Assembly: GCA_039794085.1 (NCBI GenBank)
Contig: JBDIWC010000009.1
Location: forward strand, 3,095 to 67,094
Source of the DNA: Gemmatimonadales bacterium
Lineage (GTDB): Bacteria > Gemmatimonadota > Gemmatimonadetes > Gemmatimonadales > GWC2-71-9
DNA length: 64,000 nt
Direction: 5' to 3'
The notes below the pieces were generated by a model that ran no database searches, was not told the DNA's origin, and saw only the letters and a list, made by a program, of their open reading frames with translations. Position numbers and translations under genes: made by a program. Within the stretch, counting starts at the first letter, position 1. Every line of letters begins with the position of its first letter. Below are positions 1 to 8,791 of this stretch, piece after piece.

Positions 1-799
1 GCACCATGCCGATGCCGGAGTAGATCGCGCCGGCCACGAAGTAGGGGGCGAAGATCGTCCCGTGCCAGCCGGGAATGATCGACATGGCGAAGTCCCACGA
101 CACGACGGAGTGCACCGAGAGGACGAGCGGGGTGGCCAAGGCCGCGAGGTAGAGGTACCCCCGGTTGTAGTGGCGCCACTGGCTGTCGGCGCCGGTCCAG
201 CCGATCGAGCAGACAGTGTAGAGCTTCTTGCGCCACCCCGACACCTTGTCCCGCACGGCCGCGATGTCCGGCACGAGCCCCACCACCAGGAAGGTGGTGG
301 AGACGGTGAGATAAGTCGAGATCGCAAACACATCCCAGATCAGTGGCGACTTGAAGTTGGGCCAGAGAAACCGTTGATTGGGATAGGGCAGCAGCCAGTA
401 GAAGATCCACTGCCGACCGATGTGAATGATGGGGAACAGGCCGGCCGTCATGACCGCGAACACCGTCATCGCCTCGGTGGAGCGGTACACGGCGGTGCGC
501 CAGGGAGAGCGGAAGAGAAACAGGATGGCCGAAATGAGCGTGCCCGCGTGTCCGATGCCAACCCAGAACACGAAGGTCGTGATGTACACGCTCCACATGA
601 TCGGCGGGGTGTACCCCGCCAGGCCCAGGCCGTCCTTCAGCAGGGCCACGAAGGTCCCGAGCCCTACCAGGAAGAGCGCCACGGCCCCGAAGAGCGCCGC
701 GAGGTACCCCCGGCTGGGGGGGCCCAGGGTGGCCACCACGTCGCGGGTCACGTCGGCGTGCGTCTGGGTCAGCCCCGCGGAATGCGCCACGGCGGTCAT
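1..799 (-). CDS. actC: Alternative complex III subunit C (NrfD/PsrC family quinol-binding membrane protein), 3' end outside window
   Basis: Absent from the ORF track because it runs off the edge. Manual translation from ATG 799: MTAVAHSAG...TFVFWVGIGHAGTLISAIL...YRSTEAMTVFAV...HIGRQW...NFKSPLIWDVFAISTY...LVLSVHSVVSWDFA...PGWHGTIFAPYFVAGAI, which are ActC/NrfD signature motifs. Starts 3 bp after the actB stop. Confidence 0.93.
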   Translation of the reverse strand, partial: MTAVAHSAGLTQTHADVTRDVVATLGPPSRGYLAALFGAVALFLVGLGTFVALLKDGLGLAGYTPPIMWSVYITTFVFWVGIGHAGTLISAILFLFRSPWRTAVYRSTEAMTVFAVMTAGLFPIIHIGRQWIFYWLLPYPNQRFLWPNFKSPLIWDVFAISTYLTVSTTFLVVGLVPDIAAVRDKVSGWRKKLYTVCSIGWTGADSQWRHYNRGYLYLAALATPLVLSVHSVVSWDFAMSIIPGWHGTIFAPYFVAGAIYSGIGMV

Positions 800-802
800 G
801 GC

Positions 803-3802
803 TCAGCCCTCCCCGCGGTGGTGGACTTTGGCGAGATAGGTCACCGCAGGTCGCACGTTGATCTCCTCCAGAACATGGTATCCCCGATGGTCCCGCTGCC
901 GGGCCGCGACCGCGCTCGCCGGATCGAGGGCGTTGCCGAAGGTGATCGCCCCGGAGGGACACGCCTGGGCGCACGCGGTGACCACGTCCCCGTCACGCAG
1001 CGTCCTGTCCTCCAGGCGAGCCGTGTTCTGGGCCCCGCGGATGCGCTGGACACAGAAGGTGCACTTCTCCATCACCCCGCGGGCCCGCACGGTGACATCG
1101 GGATTGAGTTGCAGGTTGAGCGGTTCGGGGAAGGCCTGCTTGCTGTAGGCGCTCCAGTTGAAGTACCGCACCTTGTAGGGGCAGTTGTTGCCGCAATAGC
1201 GGGTCCCCACACACCGGTTGTAGACCTGGCCGTTGAGGCCATCCGGCGTGTGATAGGATGCGTACACCGGACAGACCGGCTCGCACGGGGCGTTGTCACA
1301 ATGCTGGCAGAGCATCGGGACGAATCGGGCTTCGAGGGGATCGTCGCCACTTCCGCCCTCAAAATACCGTTCGATCCTCATCCAGCTCATTTCCCGGCCC
1401 CGCAGCACCTCGGACTCCCCCACGAAGGGGATGTTGTTCTCGGCATAGCAGGCGGTGACGCAGGCGGAACATCCGGTGCAGCGGGACAGATCGATCACCA
1501 TGCCCCACTTCGGGTGGTCCAGGGCGTAGGCCCCGTGCCGGATCTTCTCTTCCTGGGCCTCCCGGAAACCGGCGATGGCCTCGAGCTCCCGCTCGGTGTT
1601 GATCTCGTGAGCTTCCGCCCCCGCCTCGTGCGCCGCCTCGTCGAGAGTCAGCCCCTGGCGCGCGGCGGGGAGCGGCATCGCCATGGCAATTCCCCGCCCG
1701 AGCTGCCGGGGAGTGCCCTCGGTCTTGGCCAGCTTGGTGTACTGCCCCGTCCGTTCCGCGTCCACCGTCGTGGCCAGGTAGGGAAGGAACGGTCCCTCGG
1801 GGCCATCCAGGAGGTCGAGCACCCGGGCCCCGCGTCCCCGGGCCCACCGGCCGTAATCCCGGTGTCCCAGACCGATGGGGACCGCCAGGACGTCCCGCCG
1901 CACGCCCGCGTAGACGTAGACCGGCACCTCGATCGTCCCGTGAGGGGAGCGCAGCCTCAGGATTTCTCCCTCCCGCACGTCGAGCTCCCGGGCCGTGTCG
2001 GGGTGGACCTCCACCCAGGTCTGCCAGGTGATCTTGGTGACCGGATCGGGGTTCTCCAGCAGCCACGGTCGGTTGGCTCCCCGCCCGTCGTAGTACATCA
2101 TCGACGGATAGGCCATGAGGGTATAGGCCCCGTTTCCGTCGAAGGCGGGACGCTCCGCCGAGACCGCTCCCGCCGTGGGGGCGAGTCGCACGGCGGCCGG
2201 GGGGGTCGCCTGGAAGAGCCCCCCGCGCCGGAGAGCCTCCCGCCAGAAGGTGTCGGGATCGCCGGCCCCGGAGGTCCGGGCCAGATCCGCCCACCGCGCC
2301 TGGAGGTGAGTGGCGTAGTCCGGGGCCGTGAGTCCGGCCGCGGCGCCGGTTCGGGCCGCGACCTGAAGGATCAGGTCGCCGGTGGAGCGGGTGTTGAACA
2401 CGGGGGTCATGACCGGTTGCATCAGGGCGCGGATTCCGGCCCGGGGAGTCAGGTCGTCCCACCGCTCCAACGCGTGATGGTTGGGGAGAAGCAGGTCGCA
2501 CTGGGATGCCGTGTCATCCAGAAAGAGGCTGGTGGACACCTTGAAGGGAACCCGCCCCATCGCCTCCCCGAAACCGGCGTGTCCCGGAAGGGTATTCACC
2601 GGGTTGGCCTCGTGCACCAGCAGGACCTGCACCGCTCCGCTCGCCATCGCTCCGATCATCGATCGCAGGGCGGCATACCCATCTCCCTGCGCCAACCCCG
2701 CCCCGAAGTGAACCGTCTCCCCGATGTTGCCCGCCACGTAATTGAGCAGATTGACCGCGGCGCACACCGCGGTGGCGTTCCGGTGCTGGCTTCCAATTCC
2801 CCCGGCCACGGCCAGACCCGGGGCGGCCGAGGCGAATTCCCGGGCCAGTCCCCGGATCGCGTCCGCGGTGAGTCCGCTTTCCTCCGCCGCCCGTTCGGGG
2901 GTCCAGGCCCCGAGCAGGTCCCGGACCGCGGACACATCGGCGGGGGCGCCGGTCCGCTCCGCGGCGATCACGCCCGCCATCGCCAGGGCCACGGCGGCCT
3001 CGCTCCCCGGGCGGAGGGCGAGCCACTCGTCGGCGTTCATGCCGGTCAGGCTCATCCGCGGGGACAGGTACACGTGGCGCGCCATCGTCCCGTTGGCAAA
3101 CCCGTGGCTCGCGGCAAACCCACGCTGATTCTCAGTGGGCGACAGCCAGGTTTCCAGGAAGTCGGCCCCGAAGGAGACGATCATCCGCGCGCGGGCAAAG
3201 TCGTGCGCGGGCAGCTCGTCCCGTCCGAACACCTGGCGGTTGGCTTCCCGCATCGGTTCGTGATCGAAGGGCTGGTACCGCACGATCCGGCCCCCCACGC
3301 TCCCGCCCCACGCGGCCAGGAGATCGGACAGGGTCCCCGGGGCGGCCCCGTTCACCACGGCAACCGCCCCGGCGGCGGCCTGGACTCGCTCCGCCAACCG
3401 CGCGAGGGCCTCGTCCCAGGTGATCGGGTCGAACCCGCCCGAGGTGTTCCTGGCCATGGGCCCGGTGATCCGGTCCGGGTTGTAGAGCCCCTGGAGCGCC
3501 GCCTGTCCGCGGGCGCAGAGGGTGCCCGCATTGACGGGGTGTTCCGGATTGCCCTCCAGCTTGATGGCCCGTCCCTCGCGCGTTCTCACGTGGACACCGC
3601 ACCCTGCCGCACACTCGGTACAGGTGCTGGCATAGGTGGTGGGGATGCCGGGGACCTGATCCTCCGACTGGACCAGGTAGGGCACCAGCTTCTGGACCGT
3701 GTCCGTCGAACACCCCGACAACACCGCCGTTCCGGTGCCCGTCACTCCGAGCACCGTCAGGAAACGCCGGCGATCCATTCCCTGCTGTTGTTCAGCGGAC
3801 AT
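803..3802 (-). CDS. actB: Alternative complex III subunit B (molybdopterin-oxidoreductase-like domain fused to ferredoxin domain), Tat-exported
   Basis: Tat motif MDRRRFL and possible lipobox LSGC; N-terminal CTECAAGC...LCARG; C-terminal CTGCSACVTAC, CQHCDNAPCEPVCP, CVGTRYCGNNCP, CTFC..CAQACP; lies between a pentaheme cytochrome and NrfD genes. Confidence 0.92.
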   Translation of the reverse strand: MSAEQQQGMDRRRFLTVLGVTGTGTAVLSGCSTDTVQKLVPYLVQSEDQVPGIPTTYASTCTECAAGCGVHVRTREGRAIKLEGNPEHPVNAGTLCARGQAALQGLYNPDRITGPMARNTSGGFDPITWDEALARLAERVQAAAGAVAVVNGAAPGTLSDLLAAWGGSVGGRIVRYQPFDHEPMREANRQVFGRDELPAHDFARARMIVSFGADFLETWLSPTENQRGFAASHGFANGTMARHVYLSPRMSLTGMNADEWLALRPGSEAAVALAMAGVIAAERTGAPADVSAVRDLLGAWTPERAAEESGLTADAIRGLAREFASAAPGLAVAGGIGSQHRNATAVCAAVNLLNYVAGNIGETVHFGAGLAQGDGYAALRSMIGAMASGAVQVLLVHEANPVNTLPGHAGFGEAMGRVPFKVSTSLFLDDTASQCDLLLPNHHALERWDDLTPRAGIRALMQPVMTPVFNTRSTGDLILQVAARTGAAAGLTAPDYATHLQARWADLARTSGAGDPDTFWREALRRGGLFQATPPAAVRLAPTAGAVSAERPAFDGNGAYTLMAYPSMMYYDGRGANRPWLLENPDPVTKITWQTWVEVHPDTARELDVREGEILRLRSPHGTIEVPVYVYAGVRRDVLAVPIGLGHRDYGRWARGRGARVLDLLDGPEGPFLPYLATTVDAERTGQYTKLAKTEGTPRQLGRGIAMAMPLPAARQGLTLDEAAHEAGAEAHEINTERELEAIAGFREAQEEKIRHGAYALDHPKWGMVIDLSRCTGCSACVTACYAENNIPFVGESEVLRGREMSWMRIERYFEGGSGDDPLEARFVPMLCQHCDNAPCEPVCPVYASYHTPDGLNGQVYNRCVGTRYCGNNCPYKVRYFNWSAYSKQAFPEPLNLQLNPDVTVRARGVMEKCTFCVQRIRGAQNTARLEDRTLRDGDVVTACAQACPSGAITFGNALDPASAVAARQRDHRGYHVLEEINVRPAVTYLAKVHHRGEG

Positions 3803-3858
3803 CGATGCTCCTCGTGCACACCCGGGTGGTCGGCATCGTCAGGTGACGACGGACGGGT

Positions 3859-4464
3859 TCAGTAGTGGCAAACCGAGCAGTCCCGCGACACGTTGCGCTC
3901 CACGTGGCAACTGATGCAGAAGCCCATGTTGTTGACATTGTTCACCTGGAAGACCTGCGGCATCCGGGCCACGTCCCCATGGCAGGTTTGGCAGGCGTTC
4001 GGGCCGAGCGCCTTGATGTGCCGCATGTGGGGGAAATGCGCATGTCGGGCCAGCGTGTGGATGCGGGTCCATTCGAGTTTCGGCTTCTCGGGATCGAAAC
4101 GATCCGCCCAGAAGGTCCTGAGCTTCCGGATCTCGGCCCGGGCACTGGAGTCCCGTCCCGCCACCACCAGGTGACATCCCATGCAGGTCTGCACGCTCGG
4201 GATGCCGGGCTCGGAGGCCTCGCCCACCGAGTAATGACAATACTGGCACTCCATCTTGAGCTGCGAGGCGTGAATGTCGTGCCGGAAGAAGACCGGTTGG
4301 CGCGGCCCCTTGAGGGCGGCGGTGTCCGACGCCGCGAGGACCGGGGCGGCGATCGAGTCGGTTCCGGACGCGGGCCCCTGCGCCGACGGGGGCCGTGTCG
4401 CGGCGAGGGCGACTGCCGCCGCGGCCACTGCTGTCAGCGATCCCATCAGCACCAGCTTGCGCAT
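3859..4464 (-). CDS. actA: Pentaheme c-type cytochrome, ACIII subunit A
   Basis: Five CxxCH motifs (CQYCH, CMGCH, CQTCH, CISCH, CSVCH), QPVFFRHDIH and MGFCISCH; start reassigned to MRKLVLMG (signal/anchor) at 4464. Confidence 0.9.
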   Translation of the reverse strand: MRKLVLMGSLTAVAAAAVALAATRPPSAQGPASGTDSIAAPVLAASDTAALKGPRQPVFFRHDIHASQLKMECQYCHYSVGEASEPGIPSVQTCMGCHLVVAGRDSSARAEIRKLRTFWADRFDPEKPKLEWTRIHTLARHAHFPHMRHIKALGPNACQTCHGDVARMPQVFQVNNVNNMGFCISCHVERNVSRDCSVCHY

Positions 4465-4669
4465 GCCTGTCTTTCCGCTGCTGTGGAGGTCAAGCGGCGT
4501 CGCCGATCGCCCATGCGAAGGGGACGTCATGAACACTTTTGGGAACGACGAACCGCACTTGTGACGCGGCGGAGAGGTCTCGGTGTCCGCTGTCCGCCCC
4601 CGGCGGTCGCCAAAAAATACCCGGGTGGCGCCCAGACACAACCCGGGTCCCATCACGGTCGCCGCATTG

Positions 4670-5461
4670 TCAGGAGCCGGAAGTGCCCTCCGACTCCCAC
4701 TCTCCGGGACGCGCGCCCACGGGGGCCCCCACCCGTCCAAGATACCGGACCAGCTCGATCTGCATCGCGCGCAGAAGAGCCGCCTCCCGGCCATCCGGTG
4801 CGGCGCGGTACACGATCTCCCGAACCGATCGCATGACATGATCGGGTTGGCGGGTCTTGAAGAACTCGATGGCCCAGAGAGCGCGTTCCCAATCCTCGAA
4901 GGTGCGCCCGAGCTGTTCCGTGGTCGCCCCGTCCGTCACATGCCTCGGCCGTTTGAGGGGCGGGCCCCCGGTGGTGCGCTCGATCCAGGTCTCATAGGAG
5001 GCGATGGCCACGGCCTGCGCCAGATTGAGCGAACGATATCCGGGGTTGGTCGGGATGTTGACCAGGACATGGCAACAGTCGAGTTCCGCATTGGTGAGGC
5101 CCGCGTCCTCCCGACCGGCCACGAGGGCCACCGGTCCCTCCCGGCTCCGCGCTCCCAGCTCCTCGGCCATGGCTCGGGGCCGGATGGTTCGGCGTTTCGC
5201 CGAACGCTGCCGGGCGGTGAGGGCCGCGGAAAACACAGTGTCGGCCAGTGCCTCCTCCAGGGAATCCGCCATCACGATCCGCTCGATCATGTCCGCACTG
5301 TTGTGGGCGATCCCCTCGATCCGCCACGGATCGAAGACCGCCGGGCGCACCAGCCGAATCGACTCGATCCCGAAGTTCTTGGCGACGCGCACCGCGCTCG
5401 CGATGTTGACGATGTCCTGAGGTTCCACCAGCACCAGGATGGGAGCGGCCCCGAGATCCAT
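4670..5461 (-). CDS. SPOUT/TrmH-family RNA methyltransferase (TrmJ-like)
   Basis: LVEPQDIVNIASAVRVAKNFG, GREDAGLTNAEL, IPTNPGYRSLNLAQAV; ATG at 5461 overlaps the pilT stop (TGATG). Confidence 0.88.
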   Translation of the reverse strand: MDLGAAPILVLVEPQDIVNIASAVRVAKNFGIESIRLVRPAVFDPWRIEGIAHNSADMIERIVMADSLEEALADTVFSAALTARQRSAKRRTIRPRAMAEELGARSREGPVALVAGREDAGLTNAELDCCHVLVNIPTNPGYRSLNLAQAVAIASYETWIERTTGGPPLKRPRHVTDGATTEQLGRTFEDWERALWAIEFFKTRQPDHVMRSVREIVYRAAPDGREAALLRAMQIELVRYLGRVGAPVGARPGEWESEGTSGS

Positions 5462-6864
5462 CAGGAGGATCCGGCGAACGTCGTGTCGTGCCCCTTGGCG
5501 CCGAGGGTTTGCAGCAACGATGTCTTGTCCGCCGATTTGAGCCAGGCCTCCTTGGCGCTGATCGTGCCGGACTCGACCAGATCGAGCAGGGAATCGTTCA
5601 GAGTGGCCATCCCCACCCGCCGGTTGGTCTGCATAATGCTTGGGATCTGGAAGGTCTTTCCTTCCCGGATCAGATTGGAGACGGCGGGAACCGTGAGAAG
5701 GACTTCCCGCGCGGCGACACGGCCTCCCCCCACCTTCCGGCAGAGGACCTGGCTCACGACCCCCCGCAGCGACTCCGACAGCATGACCCGGATCTGGGAC
5801 TGCCGGTCGGCGGGGAACTGGTCGATGATGCGGTCGAGGGTGCTCGCCGCCGTGGTGGTGTGCAGCGTGCCGAACACGAGATGGCCGGTCTCGGCCGTCT
5901 CGAGGGCGATGGCGATGGTTTCGAGGTCCCGCATTTCCCCTACGAGAATGACGTCGGGATCTTCCCGCAGCGCCGCCCGGAGGGCGCGCTTGAAGGACCC
6001 CGTGTGCGGCCCCACCTGGCGCTGGGTGATCAGGCACTTCTTGGAGGGATGGACGAACTCGATCGGATCCTCGATCGTCAGGATGTGCTCGGTCCGGGTC
6101 CGATTGACCAGATCGATCAGCGACGCCAGGGTCGTCGATTTCCCCGACCCGGTGGGCCCCGTCACCAGCACCAGTCCCTTGGTGAGCCCGCACAGTTGCT
6201 GCACCGCGGGCGACACACCGAGATCTTCCACACTCAGAATCTCAGCGGGAATCAGCCGGAAAACGCCGAAGGGACCCATCCGGTCAATCCCGGCGTTGCA
6301 CCGGAACCGCCCGGCCCCTTCCAATTCATAGGCCCAATCCGCGTCGTGCTCCTCGAGGAAGGAGGTGGCGACAGCGGGCGGCATGATGCTTCGCAGGAGA
6401 GTGGACACTCCCTCCGGGGACAGCGCCTCGTCGGCCTCCCGGCGGAGATCGCCGTCCACCCGGAGGATGGGTGGCTGGCCGCTGCGCAGATGCAGGTCGC
6501 TTGCCCCCGCCTCGGGAAGCCGCCGCAGGAGGGCATCCATGGCGCCGGAGCCCGGCCGAGCGAGGGCGGCGGGGCGGATCGTGGCGGTCGTACGATCAGC
6601 CTCCCGAGCCACCACGACCTCGACCACCCCTCCGGGGCCCTGGTACGCGAAGCGGGTTTCCTCCCCGGTGTCCAGCGCCACCCGCTGACCGGGCGGTACC
6701 ACCTCCGTGAGGAGATGCCGAATGGCCGCGGCGCCCAACGGCTCCTTCGTCACCGCCTGCCACGCCCCGCCGAGCTCGATCTGCACCGGATCACTCTCGC
6801 GGAGACGAACTCCGGTGGCGCCGTGGGATTGCAGCGGAGTGAGATAACGATCGAGTGCGGCCAT
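5461..6864 (-). CDS. pilT: Type IV pilus retraction ATPase PilT with an extra N-terminal domain
   Basis: GASDLHL, Walker A GPTGSGKST, TIEDPIE, ALREDPDVILVGEMRD, ETGHLVFGTLHT, NLIREGK. Confidence 0.92.
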   Translation of the reverse strand: MAALDRYLTPLQSHGATGVRLRESDPVQIELGGAWQAVTKEPLGAAAIRHLLTEVVPPGQRVALDTGEETRFAYQGPGGVVEVVVAREADRTTATIRPAALARPGSGAMDALLRRLPEAGASDLHLRSGQPPILRVDGDLRREADEALSPEGVSTLLRSIMPPAVATSFLEEHDADWAYELEGAGRFRCNAGIDRMGPFGVFRLIPAEILSVEDLGVSPAVQQLCGLTKGLVLVTGPTGSGKSTTLASLIDLVNRTRTEHILTIEDPIEFVHPSKKCLITQRQVGPHTGSFKRALRAALREDPDVILVGEMRDLETIAIALETAETGHLVFGTLHTTTAASTLDRIIDQFPADRQSQIRVMLSESLRGVVSQVLCRKVGGGRVAAREVLLTVPAVSNLIREGKTFQIPSIMQTNRRVGMATLNDSLLDLVESGTISAKEAWLKSADKTSLLQTLGAKGHDTTFAGSS

Positions 6865-6865
6865 G

Positions 6866-7333
6866 CTACTCCTTGGGGCGGACGAAACGGATCAACCGGC
6901 GGTTAATGAGTCGCACGTCGTGAGGCGTGGTCAGCACCAGAAACCCCCTGCTGCTGTTGAGAAAGTCGATCGCCCGGGTCCGTCCCGGAGGCGTGTCCAC
7001 ATGAATAACCCCATGGAGGGGCTCTTCTCCGGGCGGCATCACCTCGACATCGATGGTGGCGTGAGGAACCCCTCCCGGCGGTGTCGCATCCGGAAAATCG
7101 GCGCAGGACACGGCGACATGCATCACCTGGTCCTTGCCGACAAACCGCACGCCACCATCCCCGTCCTGCAGGGCGAAGAACTGTTCGTCCCGGTTCATGA
7201 AGTCGAGGATGCTCTCCCCACCCAGTCGACCGGGGGCTCGGTCGAAGAGGTGAACCGCCCCCTCGAACACCGATCCGTCCGCCAGATGCACGGACACCGG
7301 GCACCGAATGGTCGTGCCCCACTCACTGCTCAT
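6866..7333 (-). CDS. Hypothetical protein made of two similar ~70-aa beta-rich halves
   Basis: Coupled to both neighbours (ATGA overlap; 1-bp gap). The halves share G.(V/I)H...(I)DF(M/L)N...F..L...VR(F/L)(V/I). Confidence 0.7.
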   Translation of the reverse strand: MSSEWGTTIRCPVSVHLADGSVFEGAVHLFDRAPGRLGGESILDFMNRDEQFFALQDGDGGVRFVGKDQVMHVAVSCADFPDATPPGGVPHATIDVEVMPPGEEPLHGVIHVDTPPGRTRAIDFLNSSRGFLVLTTPHDVRLINRRLIRFVRPKE

Positions 7334-8247
7334 GATGCAGCACCCCCCGGAGTGCGAATGGCAACGCCCGCCCGCTCCTCGGCCACGCGAATCGCCTCAA
7401 GGTAATCGGCACCGGCATCCCCCAGCGCGTCGATCACCGCACCCAGAGCACCATGCACCGCCTCCAACACCGGCGCATCCACCCCCGCCTCCTGCAGGAC
7501 GCGACAGGCAATCCCCACATCCTTCGCCAGCAGCGCCAGGCGGAAGGTCCGAGGCCAGGTTCCGGTCAGGACCCGGTCCGGGACGAGAACCTCGCTCACG
7601 AAGGACCGGCCGCTCGAGAGATTGATTGCCTCGACAGCCCGGTCCGGTGCCACTCCGGCCTTGACGAGTCCGGTGAGCCCCTCGGCCAGAGTCATGATGT
7701 GGGTACCGAGCAGGGCGTTGTTCACAGCCTTGACCGCATGGCCTGTCCCGACCGGGCCGGTATGCACGATGCGCGCCGCGAACGCCTGGAGAACCGGCGT
7801 CGCCCGGGAGACCACGTCCTCGGTGCCACCGACCATCACCACGAGGGTACCCGCCTCGGCGCCGTTGGTGCCACCGCTCACCGGGGCGTCGGCAAAACTC
7901 ACCTCCCGGCGGGCCAGGCGCTCGGCGATGACTCGGGATCGGTGTGGTTCACCCGAGGTGCAATCCAGGAGGAGTCCTCCCGGGGCCCATCCCTCCTCCA
8001 GGCCCTGGGGGCCGGACAACACCTCCTCCACCTCACGGGAGTTGGGCAGACAGGTCAGGACGATCGAACAGGCGGCGGCCAGTTCCCGCGGAGTGCCGGC
8101 CGCGCGCCCCCCGTGGCGCGCCACGAAGCTGTCGGCCCGCTCCCGGGTGCGATTCCAGACGACGACCGGTCCCCGCCCGGCGAGCCGGGCCGCCATCGGC
8201 CAGCCGATGGCGCCCAAGCCGACGAATCCGACCGGCTGAGCTGTCAC
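7330..8247 (-). CDS. NAD(P)-dependent oxidoreductase, 3-hydroxyisobutyrate/2-hydroxy-3-oxopropionate dehydrogenase family
   Basis: GFVGLGAIGWPMA, WNRT, DAPVSGG, MVGG, GTGHAVKAVNN, F.L.L..KD; GTG at 8247 overlaps the ferritin stop (GTGA). Confidence 0.9.
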   Translation of the reverse strand: MTAQPVGFVGLGAIGWPMAARLAGRGPVVVWNRTRERADSFVARHGGRAAGTPRELAAACSIVLTCLPNSREVEEVLSGPQGLEEGWAPGGLLLDCTSGEPHRSRVIAERLARREVSFADAPVSGGTNGAEAGTLVVMVGGTEDVVSRATPVLQAFAARIVHTGPVGTGHAVKAVNNALLGTHIMTLAEGLTGLVKAGVAPDRAVEAINLSSGRSFVSEVLVPDRVLTGTWPRTFRLALLAKDVGIACRVLQEAGVDAPVLEAVHGALGAVIDALGDAGADYLEAIRVAEERAGVAIRTPGGAAS

Positions 8248-8744
8248 TCGGCGGATCCCCGCCGGCCGAGCTCCTTGTCCAACATGTAGAGGGCGGAGGC
8301 GTTGTCCCCGATCATGCGCAGGGTCTCGACCACGTGGCTGCTGGTCTTCTCCTCCTCCACCTGCTCCGTCACGAACCATTGCAGCATGGCCTGGGATGCG
8401 TAGTCCTTCTCCTCGACGGACATTGCGTAGAGCGCATGAATCCCGGCGGACACCGACGCCTCGTGCTCCAGGGCGTGCTCGAAGACGGCCAGAACGGAGG
8501 GCCACTCCGCCTGAGGCGCCTCGACCGCCTGCAGGAGAACCCGTCCCCCGCGATCCTCGATGTAATCGACTATCCGCATCGCATGCCGGGCCTCTTCGGC
8601 GGCCTGAACCCGCATCCACCGCGAAAAGCCTTCCAGATTGCGGGCCGCAAAGTAGGCCGCCATGGAGAGATAGAGGTACGCGGCGTGGAACTCCTTGCGA
8701 ATCTGGTCGTTCATCGCCTGCTGCAGGGTCGGTTTCAATGACAT
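8244..8744 (-). CDS. ftnA: Non-heme ferritin
   Basis: NDQIRKEFHAAYLYLSMA, EEARHAM, ALEHE, LQWFVTEQVEEE ferroxidase residues; SD AAGGAG upstream of ATG 8744. Confidence 0.92.
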   Translation of the reverse strand: MSLKPTLQQAMNDQIRKEFHAAYLYLSMAAYFAARNLEGFSRWMRVQAAEEARHAMRIVDYIEDRGGRVLLQAVEAPQAEWPSVLAVFEHALEHEASVSAGIHALYAMSVEEKDYASQAMLQWFVTEQVEEEKTSSHVVETLRMIGDNASALYMLDKELGRRGSAE

Positions 8745-8791
8745 GACAACTCCTTGGATCGAGGGGTGTGGCGGCATGACGCCTGTGGAAT

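Noticed and set aside
62-3865. 1267-aa plus-strand ORF and other long antisense ORFs (e.g. 34661..37462, 46412..49303, 50736..53564)
   Set aside because: These are shadow frames opposite well-supported genes, expected with high GC3, and have no recognisable motifs.
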